From: Zygnema circumcarinatum SAG 698-1b
Taxonomy: Eukaryota; Plantae; Zygnematophyceae
Direction: 5' to 3'
NCBI GenBank assembly: GCA_037447605.1
Contig: CM074817.1
Span: 558,001-622,000 of the forward strand
Length of the DNA stretch: 64,000 nucleotides
Of this stretch, positions 39,901 to 50,997 are shown piece after piece; the stretch's first letter is position 1; each line of letters opens with the position of its first letter. The position numbers were made by a program, and so were the translations under genes. The notes beneath the pieces are model-generated. The model had not been told where the DNA came from and did not search any database. It saw only the letters and a program-made list of their open reading frames with translations.

Positions 39901-41737
39901 CCGTCCCCGTCCCCGCCCGCCTCCGGCTCGGAGTGGCCTTCGCGCAGGAGGCCGCCCCTGAACGGTGCAGTGCCACCAGGAGGAGGAGTTAGCCGCCTGC
40001 ACGCTCTCTCCCAACCACACTAAAAAGGCTTGCAGTGCACGCCAGAGTGCCCACCTGGCCATAGTCCTCTTTTCCGAAAAAAGGGACCCTCCCTCCCTCC
40101 CTCCCCTCCCTCTCCTTCCCTCCCCTTCCCTCCCATCCCCTCCCCTCCCTCCCATCCCCTCCCTCTCCTCCCTCTCCTCCCTCACCTCCCTCACCTCCCT
40201 CACCTCCCTCCCCTCCCTNNNNNNNNNNCTGCAGGCGAGCCCGCCCCTCCCTCCTGACAACACAACAGGGCGGCGGAGGGTGCCCACCGCGCGTTGGGCG
40301 CGTCCGGACACTCGAGGCGGAGCGGGCTGCAGGGGGCGCTGGGCGTGGTGGGAGACCCGGGCTCGCTGCCGGCCTCCATGGCCGCTCGCGGCGCCCGGCT
40401 GCCGGGCAGGGCCGCCTCGGCGACTTCCTCCGCCGGGAATCTGAACCTGCTCGGCGCGTGGCTGTACCCCTCGGAGCCCTCCGTCTGAACAACAGAGGCA
40501 TGCACGGGAAAGCAGCTGCCATGAATCGCATCGCACATAGGAGGCATCTAACCTGGAAAACGAAGTCGTCCTCATATTGAGCACACAGTGCAGGCAGCAG
40601 AGACGCACCTCGGAATCTTCCCGGAGGTGGCGGCCCGCCACAGCAGACTCCTCCGAGACGGTGAGCCTCCTGGGCACGTCAATGAAGCAGCGCCGCAGGC
40701 CCGCTTGCCGCACAGACCGGCCCGAGCGGGGCAGGCTTTCTCCATGGCTGCTGCTGGAGGAGACCTCCTGCGCTCCTCTGCCATTCTCCATCCCTGAGTC
40801 GGCTGGGCAGGTTGCGGCCACGCCCTCCATGGCAGGAGAGCGCACCTCCATCGGAGATAGGATGTCCGGACCAGGCCCTGCTCTCCACAAAACGCACTCA
40901 GTTTCATTGCTTCCACGCGATGCTCTACCCTTCGACAAAAAGCATGCATTGATCCGTACAGGTGAGAGCATACCCATAAGCACACTAACAGGAGAAGCTT
41001 CAGGAGCCTTCGATTTAGACATAGGTGGCGACCTCATCGCCATAGCTGCGGCTGCTTCTGTGATTCCCTCTACCAATAACAATGCTGAGCTCTTTCTGCT
41101 CCGCCCCCGGCGACTAGGGGTGCCCTTCGCCACTGGCGGCACCCCCCTGCGGTGCGCAGAGGGGGGAGGCGTGGCCGCCCGCGCCCCCCGCTCTGCTCCT
41201 CCCGCCCCTGCCCCCGTCCCCGTCCCCGTCCCCGTCCCCGCCCGCCTCCGGCTCGGAGTGGCCTTCGCGCAGGAGGCCGCCCCTGAACGGTGCAGTGCCA
41301 CCAGGAGGAGGAGTTAGCCGCCTGCACGCTCTCTCCCAACCACACTAAAAAGGCTTGCAGTGCACGCCAGAGTGCCCACCTGGCCATAGTCCTCTTTTCC
41401 GAAAAAAGGGACCCTCCCTCCCTCCCTCCCCTCCCTCTCCTTCCCTCCCCTTCCCTCCCATCCCCTCCCCTCCCTCCCATCCCCTCCCTCTCCTCCCTCT
41501 CCTCCCTCACCTCCCTCACCTCCCTCACCTCNNNNNNNNNNCCTCCCCTCCCTCCCTCCCAGCCAAGAGCCCCCTGAGAAGGGCACACACAGCCACTCCG
41601 CGCGGGACACGTGGCGGACCTTGCTTGGAGGGGCCCGCGTTGCGCGGGCTGCGCCTCGGCCCCGCCGCCGGCGATTTCGAGTTCGAGTTCGCGTTCGCGC
41701 GCGCTGGCGCCCACTCCGCGCCCTCCTCCTCCTCCAT
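36987..41737 (-). CDS. WEE1: WEE1/MYT1-family cell-cycle protein kinase, multi-exon; N-terminal exons duplicated in this assembly
   Basis: FEFLREIGRGSSSTV; CAVKMSRRQFRSRDDRERYLHEL; HPHVVKCYRGWQQDAHFYIQMELCEGGSL; IHAAGVLHLDVKPDNVF; KIGDFGLA; EEGDGAYVAPELL; SDMYSFG; RPTASEVL. The EGD-x-x-Y-x-APE motif is typical of Wee1/Myt1 kinases. Start MEEEEG at 41737 is tentative. Confidence 0.88.
38904..41531. repeat. Direct duplication of ~1.3 kb (38904-40206 = 40229-41531, offset 1325) bounded by two 10-N gaps
   Basis: Identical ORFs recur at +1325 (e.g. 39252/40577 and 39247/40572). N runs at 40219-40228 and 41532-41541. Confidence 0.95.
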
Positions 41738-42610
41738 GGCGCTCTGCTCTGCTCTGCTCTGCTCTGCGCCCTCCAGCCGCAGCCGCCCTCTCACTTAGAG
41801 GACCCAGGCAGAGGCGAATGCCGGGCTGGAGATGCAAAAGGTGGGCTCTTGTGTACAAATTTTAGACAAAAATGTGAGACAAGCACAATAGAGCAACTTC
41901 CTCAAAGCAGAAAGCGAGAAATACCAGAAAGGAGCATAGGGAGGAGGAGCCATGTTGCGGCAGAGGGCATTTCCAAGGCAACGACCATGATGGCAAAAAA
42001 CGAAAGAAAGTACAGTAGGAAGGACGAGGGAAAGATGGCCGTAAGGAATAAAACTACGAGATAGGGAGAAAGGTCGAAAAAAAGAAAAAGCAGCAGGGCG
42101 AGAGGCAGAGCGGGGAGCAGAATGTAGAGGAGTAGAGTCGGAGGTCAGTCGAAGCTTGGATTGGGAGAAAAAACTAATCCAAGACGAAACATGTCTTTTC
42201 GAAAAGATTACCTCCCTCGCGCTGAGGCCCTCCTTCGTTCCTTCCTTGTCCGTAAGCGTCAGCACGCCGCAACACCCGCAAGCAGCAGCAGCAGCAGTAG
42301 CAGCAGCCGCGCGTTCCTCCTCCCTCCTCCTCGCGGCGAGCGCGCGTCCTCCCCGATACCTCCCTCCCTCCCTCCCTCCCTCCCTCCCCGCGCGCCAGTC
42401 AAGCCACAAGAGTCAAGATCGCCGCCCGGCCGTACGATCGCAGCAACGCCGGCCGTACGGCGCGCAACGGTACGACGAGGCGCCGGGCCGAGCATCGGGC
42501 GGCGACGCGCGCACGGCGGCGGGCCCCCAGCGCGCCACGTGGCGGGGGGCCGTTTGAACGCGCCTGTGACCGTTGGGCGGCCCGCCGACCGCGCGGGCGC
42601 ACGCGACTGG

Positions 42611-43089
42611 CCGGGCGCAAACCCTAACAATCCGTGGCACTTCACGCTGAACTGCGCACAGAGCGGCCGGCACACCGAGCCGGGCCGCAAACCCTAACAA
42701 CCCGTGGCGCTTCACGCTGAACTGCGCACAGAGCGGCCGCCGGGCCGCAAACCCTAACAATCTGTGGCGCTTCACGCTGAACTGCGCACAGAGCGGCCGG
42801 CACACCGAGCCGGGCCGCAAACCCTAACAACCCGTGGCGCTTCACGCTGAACTGCGCACAGAGCGGCCGGCGCACCGAGCCGGGCCGCAAACCCTAACAA
42901 TCCGTGGCGCTTCACGCTGAACTGCGCACAGAGCGGCCGGCGCACCGAGCCGGGCCGCAAACCCTAACAATTCGTGGCGCTTCACGCTGAACTGCGCACA
43001 GAGCGGCCGCCGGGCCGCAAACCCTAACAACCCGTGGCGCTTCACGCTGAACTGCGCACAGAGCGGCCCGCGCACCGAGCCGGGCCGCA
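42611..43089. repeat. Minisatellite of seven 60/70-bp units, each carrying a telo-box (AAACCCTAA)
   Basis: Unit ccgggccgcAAACCCTAAcaa[c/t][c/t][c/t]gtggcgcttcacgctgaactgcgcacagagcggccg(gc[a/g]caccgag) starting at ~42611, 42680, 42740, 42810, 42880, 42950 and 43010. Confidence 0.96.
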
Positions 43090-43558
43090 GCGCCTCTCGA
43101 TTTCTCGATCCGCCAGTCCGTACATGACCGTCCGTACGGGACCTGGCGCGGTGCCGTGGCGCAGGCGCAGGCTCAGGCTCAAGCGCAGGCGCAGGCTCAG
43201 GCTCAAGCGCAGGCGCAGGTCCTCCCTGGCGCTGCGAGGAGGAGAAGCAGCCATCCCGCGGCGCCTGCCTCACAATGTCCTCCACGTAAGCATCCAGGCC
43301 GTCAATAGATGTGTGAGGGATGGGCGGTTCTAGTGCACAGTGGATTTTTTTGAATCGAAAATGTTTTGAAATCCCCCTTGCGGAGCATTGGCTTCGGGAG
43401 ATATACATAAATGACTGGTTGTGCACCTGTCAGTTCATCTGCAAGAATCTTCTTTGCGAGCAAATGAAGCCGCAGGTTGATCCTAGGACCGCGTCGATGC
43501 CTATTCTTTTTTCTCAGAGGGGGTTTGAATAGGTTGATGCATGGTTCAGGTGGTTCAC

Positions 43559-46500
43559 ATGGCGGTCTCGAGCAGTGGAGAGCGCGGGCAAGGCCGAGGC
43601 CGACTCCCCCGCGGACGGCCAGGCCTTATCCAGGGAAGGGAGCTACGCAGACCTGTCCGGCAGCCGGCAAATCAAGCAGGGCTATTCAGAGCTTCGCCAG
43701 CAGTCGGAGTTTACAGGAGACCGCAACCCAGCACAGGTGCCGCAGATTCCACCGTTGCAACGTGGACCATTCTGAAAGCTCAGCTCAGTGGACTGTGCAC
43801 CTGAGTTTGCGTTACTTTATCATTGTCGCAATCCCAACCCGCAGTGTGTGTCCCGTCATCCACAGCTCGCACTGTTGACACTTGTCGAATGTGTGACGAT
43901 TATCGTCGAGCTGTTCCGCACACGCATTGTTTGAGTCTCAAAAAGCGTCTTGGATTGAGTTCTTTGCTTCCACTACAGTAGTTACTCTCATAAATGTGAC
44001 ATGCAGCAAGAGTGAAAAGCTGGCTGCCGTTTTTTCCGGCTAGCTTCCTTGTTAGGCACTGGTGTTTCCACTATAGGGTGCTTTGAAGTCCGTTTATCTT
44101 CTATGATCGTAAACAGCCCCGACGTTTTTTTTTGTCTGCGTCTTGAAAACATACGATTTCACATTTCAAACAAGTTGCCAGCTCATTATGACAGCGATAA
44201 TGTGACCAGGCCAATGATGTTTTATGTGGAAAATGGATACATTGTTTTCCGTTGGCTTCTGTTATGCAGCCTTCGAAGGTTCTGGAAGCTGCTGTAGAGG
44301 ATGCACGTGCTTATGAAGAGTATGCCTCTGATCTGGCAACGAAAGCCAAAGCAGCGAGGCAAGCAGGTGAGCCGTTCTCCATTTTATTTGTCGATAATTC
44401 CGTTAATAACATTTGAATGCCGCTTTTCAGATCTATGGATACAGGCATGGGACACTGAAACTGATATATGAATCTATTATGTTTTTCAGCTGTTCACTTA
44501 GGTGGATTAAGGTCCACCTAAGTTCGCTAGATTGTAAGTGTATTGCCTTTGCTTGAACTATGGAAAGCTGTGCTTTGCTACATGAAACTTGTAGTGCGCC
44601 ATAGTTATGCACTCCAAGTTTTGATGGAATTTTGTTGGAAAGCACTAACTGCATGTGTGCTAAGTCAAGCTGAGGCTTTTCTGCCAAGCAAAAATTCGAA
44701 ACTGACAGCTTAAGCAATCTAGTGTGTTGATCTTTTTGGCATAAGGTGGCTCACTCCTCGTGTTATTTCTTTTCGATTGGCAGAAGTCGAGTGGGCTACC
44801 AATGATGCAGGGTCAACCTCGGAGGCGTCAAACAGGGCAGCGATCGCATCAAGAGAGGCTGAAGAGGCGGCTGCTGCAGCGGCGGCTGCAAGGCAAAATG
44901 TGAAAAAAATGGCCGCAGCCTTCGAAGCAGGAGACTCGAAGTCGAAGAGTTCCAAGTGGCGCGGGGCGGCGGCCGCCGACGGAGGCCCCTCCGAGCGGTG
45001 GCCCTCGCAGGGCGGCGGCGACGAGGCGTCACGCGGCGCCGCCGTCTACCAGAGACCCTTCGCGAAGGACGAGCTGCCGGCTCCCCCGCAAGTCCACGTG
45101 GACATTCCCGTGACGTCGCGCCTACTGGAGGCCGGCCACGTGGCGGCTATGCCGTCGTCCGTGGGGAGAGTCCCGCTGCACGGACCTTCGGGAGCTGGCC
45201 TCGAGCCGCCATTCTATCCGTCTGTACAGGGAAATGGGCCACAGGGTTACTTGCCTCTTAAAAGGGGAACGGCTTACGACAGAGTGGGAAATGGGATGGA
45301 GGAAGAGGTTAATTATGCAAGCACTTCTGACGAAGATCCATTATTGGCGCCTCTGCCTCCAGGTGGGTCTTGCCTTGCCTCGTCGGTGAGGGGAGCTCAC
45401 AGTTGATTTGAGGTGACGTGTTCCATTGTTCCGGATCCTCTCCCTCAAAAGGTTTTTCTGTCAACAATTGCTCGATGGACATAAGAAACTCGATTTTGGC
45501 GTTTCTCCATTTGAACAATGTTTTCACTGTTTCTTAAGTCATAGGTGCTCGAAATCTCCTTGCATGTCCTTGAATTTAGCAATGCATTGGACAGGGAGGG
45601 CAGCTGTTAAGGGCCTGTTCTTGGCATACCAGATTAGAAAGAATGAATTTGAATGGCTTGATGAGGTGGTTGAGTTGCTTTTTTTTAGAATGAAAGGGAT
45701 CATTTGAGTACTTCCGGTGAAGATTACGTAACCGATTTCTTAATCTCCGAGAGCAAATGCTTATTCTTGACTGTTCTTCACATCCGGTGTTGTCAGGTCA
45801 GCGAGATGGAAGTCGGGCTGATCGCCTATTGGCTGGTTTTGTGTTCCAGATTTGCACACTGAATTTGTGCATTGGAAGAAGCTACTCGGGTGGGGCGAGC
45901 AGCTGGCCAGCGAGAGTGTCCTGGACGACATCCGCCTTTCGTCTCTCGATGTGTTTCGCGGATTGTCTATCGCAGTAAGAATTTCCCTTCACGTCAGTTT
46001 CATTATTGTAAGCTGCAAAGTTCTTGTGAGTTAGTGGCATCCCTTTGGCTAGATTTGACGCCTTTTTAGTCCTCGTTCCCTCTTCAAGTTAAGAGTACGT
46101 CAGAGACGCATTGGAACAGGGAGGGTGCCAATGGTGCCTTGTTTGCCGTGCAGTTTGAGGAGGGCCTTACGTTGGCTTGCTCTTACATTGATGGGGTTGG
46201 CGGATGCAGGGCATGATTCTGACCATTGATTCAGGAGCCCACTTTCCAGACCTGAATTACTCAGCCTGGGAGGGTCTCTCGTTTGGAGATTTCATGGACC
46301 CTTTCTTCCTCTTCATCGTCGGTGTTGCTGTTGCCATCGCCTTCAAGGTCTGCCCTCACTTCGATAGAGCAACACTGCAACCCCCAGAAGGTGCACCCTG
46401 GGGTGTGCCTCTAGTCGCGTGCAGCGTCTGACGGGCGCACACGTGGAGGGGGGCGCGCAGAGGGTTCCAAGCAGGCGGCAGGCGCTGTCCAAGATCGTGG

Positions 46501-49500
46501 CGAGAACGGCGAAAATCTTCATCATTGGGCTGTTTGTGCAAGGTACTCCGGGCGGGGCTGCATGGAAGCGCTTGCACCGATTAGTCTTCATTTCTTTTGT
46601 CGATGATTTCTGTTGAGAGTTAGTCTGCTTCATCCGGCTATGGAAGTTTCAAGTCTGCGAGTCTATTGTAGATTTTGGACTTTCTATATCAACGCAGATT
46701 TTTGTGTGATATGTTCCGGTCAAGGGAAGGCATCACCATACGATGCCTTTGCATGTGAAAACGAGTATCGCTAGGCAGTAATCATTGCTTCCCAAGGCGT
46801 TCAACAGCCTCTTTTCCCCCTTCCAGGAGGTTATTTTCACGGATCTACCAGTTTGACATTTGGAGTTGATCTGGAAAACCTGCGATACTCCGGAACCCTT
46901 CAGGTGCTTTTTCTCCTCCGTTCCTCTGCGTACATTCTCGCTGGCACGCTTTAGGGTGTTGTGTTCGTTTTTTGGTCTTTACCACTGCCAAGGAGCCATT
47001 GCGAGAATAAGGGGAGAAAATAGGCGAGGACAGGGGGGCAAATGAAGGAAGGCGGCGGTGGAAACAGAAGGAAGTGGGTGAGGTAGTGGGATGTAGAGAG
47101 GGGGGATAGTGGGCTGCAGCAGACGGCTATCTCGCAGAGAAGCCGGTCGTCCCGCCAGTTTGCGAGTGGTGGTCTGACCCCTGTTTGAGGGCGGGCGGGC
47201 GGCAGCGTGTGGCGCTAGCCTTTTTGGTGGTGGCGCTATGCGAAGTGGCGGTGATGAAGCGCTACCGCGACGGCCCCTCCGAGGGCTTCGCACAGCTCGT
47301 CGCGCGCTTCATGCTGCACTGGTTGGCTGCACATCTAACTTAGCTCGTCATGTGGTCACACGGGCTGGCTCAGAAGGACATTTTTTTATAGCTGGAAGGA
47401 TAGAGCGTTCAAAACAATCTTTCCGTTGCCATACTCCGATGCTTACCTTGTGTGATGGTTTTTTTAAGTGTTTGGCTTGGCTGTCCTTGCTCTCATCGTG
47501 CTCTGTGGGTTTGACTCGGAAATGTCTAATCGTGCTTTTTGTGGTCACAGGGGTGTGGCTGTAATTCTGGCCCTCGTGTACCTCTTCCTCACATACTTGG
47601 TTCCAGTCCCGGACTGGTCGTTCGTTCCAACCGAGCCCGTCAATGATGTGGGGATGTTTATCCCTTACGTTGAGCGTGTGATGTCCAATCAAACCCTTAC
47701 TGTGAGTGGTCACAAGAGCAATTCGATTTTGTCTTCTTTTGCAGCCTTACGGGGAGATCCCAACACTGATTTCAAACCCTTAACTCTCGCGTTATCTGCT
47801 GCTCTGGTTCGGTCGTTGTTCGGCTCGTATCGCCACGTGGCACGAGCATGACCTGGATTGGTGAGAATCCGCCCCGTCCCCTAAAACCCTCGTGCTTAAG
47901 CGGCCGCCCTGCGCCCTTTGCGGCGCAGGTCCCGTGCGGAGTGAGCGGCGACCTGAGCCCTGCGTGCAACGCGGCGGGGCACATCGACCGCTCGCTGTTT
48001 GGCTTGGACCACTTGTCGCGCCATCCGACCTATCAGTACTCTAAGGTGAGTGCTTCACTCGTGATTTTCATTTTCGAGATGGTCAAGAAAACGTGCAGGT
48101 AGAGGGGTTTTTTATGGGCCATTGCTTTCTGCTAAAAGTGAGCAGTCTCAAATGGCCCCTCTGATTGCTGCAAGCTGATCCTCCATCACACTAGGACATA
48201 AGTTTCTCCCGGTTTTTGGGTGTCACCTCTCTGTTTGAGCTCAGCCCTCCTTGCCCTCCCTCCCCTCTCTCTCCCTGCGCAGAGCTGCAGCACGACGGCG
48301 CCGTACGCGGGGCCTCTGCCTGACGGCGCGCCCGCATGGTGCCGCGCGCCTTTTGACGCGGAAGGCTTCCTCAGGTCTCGACCAAAGGAAATAAAACATC
48401 TGCTGAATGCACTGCGGCTTGCACTTGTGCTTACAGAGATGAGGTCGTTCGGATCCAATAGATGCTCTACATGCTCTCTGTTTGTATATGCCGGCTGCTG
48501 GTGCTCCATCTGACAGCGCGGGGGGGGAAACGGGCAGCACCTTGGGCGGCATCCTCTCCACATTCGCGGGCTTGCACTTCGGGCACGTGCTCACCCACTT
48601 CAGAGTAAGCGGAGCGCAGCCATAGCCGGATGGACTCTTGAGACTGCTCTGCAGACTGGGCTGCCTGCTCTAGCGGCTTTGGAAGGAAAGGAGAGGCTGA
48701 GGCATGTGGACAGATGACAATCTTTGTCGAATCATCCTGTTTATGCAAACTCGGCAACTTTAACCGAACTTGGTATATTCTAGTTGGATAACGTATGATT
48801 GCCACCGGTGGTGAATTGGGGTAAAAGCTAAATGATTATGCGTTTGAGTGATTGATTTTCGGATACTGCGGGTTCTCGTTCTGAAGGAAAAGCAGAGCTT
48901 GTAGTCCAGCACCTGAAAGCTGGCTTTCTAATTGAACATGAGTGGGTCAAGTCACTCTCCTTTCACTTCAAAACGTTTGGGTGAGTACAGTTTGGTCGCT
49001 TCCCCTTTGCTACTTCTAAATACAGTATCCGTTCTGATTTGCAGCAACATTGGGTTCGTATGCTCCACGGTTCAATCTTCTCGGGTGTTATGGTGGCTGC
49101 CGGATGGGGCCTGCAATTTCCTCTGCGGGCAGAGCTACATAAGTTTTTTCCCAGCTTCCCGAGCTGGCTTATTCTTGAGTACAATGGTGCGTCACCTTTC
49201 TTGGCTGCCAACTGCTTAGTATCCCGTGTTTTAATTTCAGCAGGGGGCTTTATGGCAAGCAAGCGAACCGTTAAGAGTTTTTCGGATCCCAGGAATCCGT
49301 TCAGCTAACAGTTCCTCCGTCCGTTCAATTCTTGCAGGCATGCCTTTCAACAAGCAGCTCTACAGCTTCAGCTTCATGGTCTTCACCTCCGGCGTTGCAG
49401 GGCTTGTTCTGTGCCTTATCTATATACTTGTACGTAATGTCCATCTAGGACCTCCATGCTTTGTTGATTTTGATCTGTTGTGGTTGTATTGGGAAGTCAT

Positions 49501-50552
49501 GTTGCCTTCTCCTTTGGACAAACACTTTTTGCGAGTCAACTTGTCAAGTACATTCAGAGCAGAAGCGATGCACCTCACCAAGGATGTTCGTGTGATACTG
49601 AGCTTAAAGAGAGTACTTGTGCTGCAGACGGACGTGATGAATGTCCGATTTTACACCAAAGCCTTTGAATGGCTAGGGCGGAATCCTCTGCTCGTTTTTG
49701 TTCTGGCTGTGTGCGGAACCTTCGAGGCCCTTGTTCGAGGCTTTTATTGGGGCAGTCCGGATCAGAACCTGGTAAGCTCCCTTCCCTCTTTCGGTGTGAG
49801 TAGGTCCTCAACGGATCCCACTGCAGATTGGCCGGATGATGCCATGTGTGCCGGGCCTGTGCTGTGCTGTGCGTGCACCGCCTCCACCCGGGGGTTCAGG
49901 TCGTGAGTATTTGAAATCCGTTAAATTAGCTCTTCAAAACTCGTGAGCAGTGCCACGAGTGTTGTTCGAGTTGACCTTGAACCCCATTGCCCCGCTCCCA
50001 TGGCTTCTGGAAAAAACCTCGCACGGCATTAGTGCTGAAAGTACAGCCAGCTTCTGTCATCGTCGTTTGGCCCTCTTCCGAACGGTAGAGGCTAACACCT
50101 GACCAAGGGACGCGTTAGGCCAAATGGAAATGTGTGTCTGTCATCTTCCGAGTAAACGGAGCTAGTCCGGCCAACCAGTTCGCTGTTTACTGCGGTGCAA
50201 CTCACCTGTCCATGCACGCATGGATCTCCTCCAGCTGGGATGAACTGGCTTCAAATTCTCGCAGCATGTGTAGTCATTTTGGCAGTGCACCGACCTTTGC
50301 CTTCGCTCATGGATGCGCAATACAATGGCTTGAGTTTACTGGCCCTCCCTGTCACCGGATGAGCTGCCTCCTCCCTGATGACGGGGCGGGGCGGGCGGGG
50401 TTGCATTGCAGATCACGACGCTGCAGCGCGTGCTGTACGGCGTCATGGACGACCTCGCGTACGCGAACCTGGCGGTCACCACGGCCAAGATCTTCGCGTG
50501 GGCGGCCGTGGCGGGCGCGCTGGCGCATGTCGGCCACATCTGGCAGTTCTGA
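43559..50552 (+). CDS. HGSNAT: HGSNAT-like (heparan-alpha-glucosaminide N-acetyltransferase family) multi-pass membrane protein with a long N-terminal extension; start tentative
   Basis: RLSSLDVFRGLSIA; GDFMDPFFLFIVGVAVAIAFK; GGYFHG...TFGVDL...GTLQ|RVALAFLVVALCE; VPDW; CGVSGDLSPACNAAGHIDR; APAWCRAPFDAEGFLS; GLHFGHVL; GMPFNKQLYSFSF; FEWLGRN; GFYWGSPDQNL; last exon ending TGA at 50550-50552. Confidence 0.92.
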
Positions 50553-50997
50553 GTGGGCTCTCGCACGTGTTGGAAAGTGTCTGCGTAAAGTGCTGCATGC
50601 ATATCCTCTATTGCTTTTTCAGTCATGCAGAAAGTAAAAGGCACAACTTTTGGTCTGTCCCGTAGACTGGAGTCAATAAGTGGGACATTCGAGTATAGCA
50701 TGAGGGAAAATAAGTTGCGAAGGTTCTTGTCACAGGTCCAAGACTGCTGAGCATATTGATTGACGAAAGTGCTAGCTTTTGGTTAGGCTTTGCTGCAGTA
50801 TTCCGCGCCGCATGTCCACAGTTTGGTTTGAATAACAGTTTTGTGCTATATAATTTCTAAGTAATGATATTGCCTGGTTATAATTGGCTTATTCTCTTTT
50901 GTTCAGCAAGTAGGAAAATCTCAAAGTGCGTCTCTCTCCACTACCAAACAAGAGCCAAAATAAGGAGAAACAATGCTCTCCATGAGCAGCGACATGT

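Noticed and set aside
42611-43089. CRISPR-like array
   Set aside because: Units are near-identical end to end with no unique spacers, there are no cas genes and the context is eukaryotic. It is a minisatellite.
47879-47890. CCCTAAAACCCT as a telomerase RNA template
   Set aside because: It is a 1.5-unit match inside an intron of the HGSNAT-like gene, with no USE/TATA Pol III promoter seen upstream.
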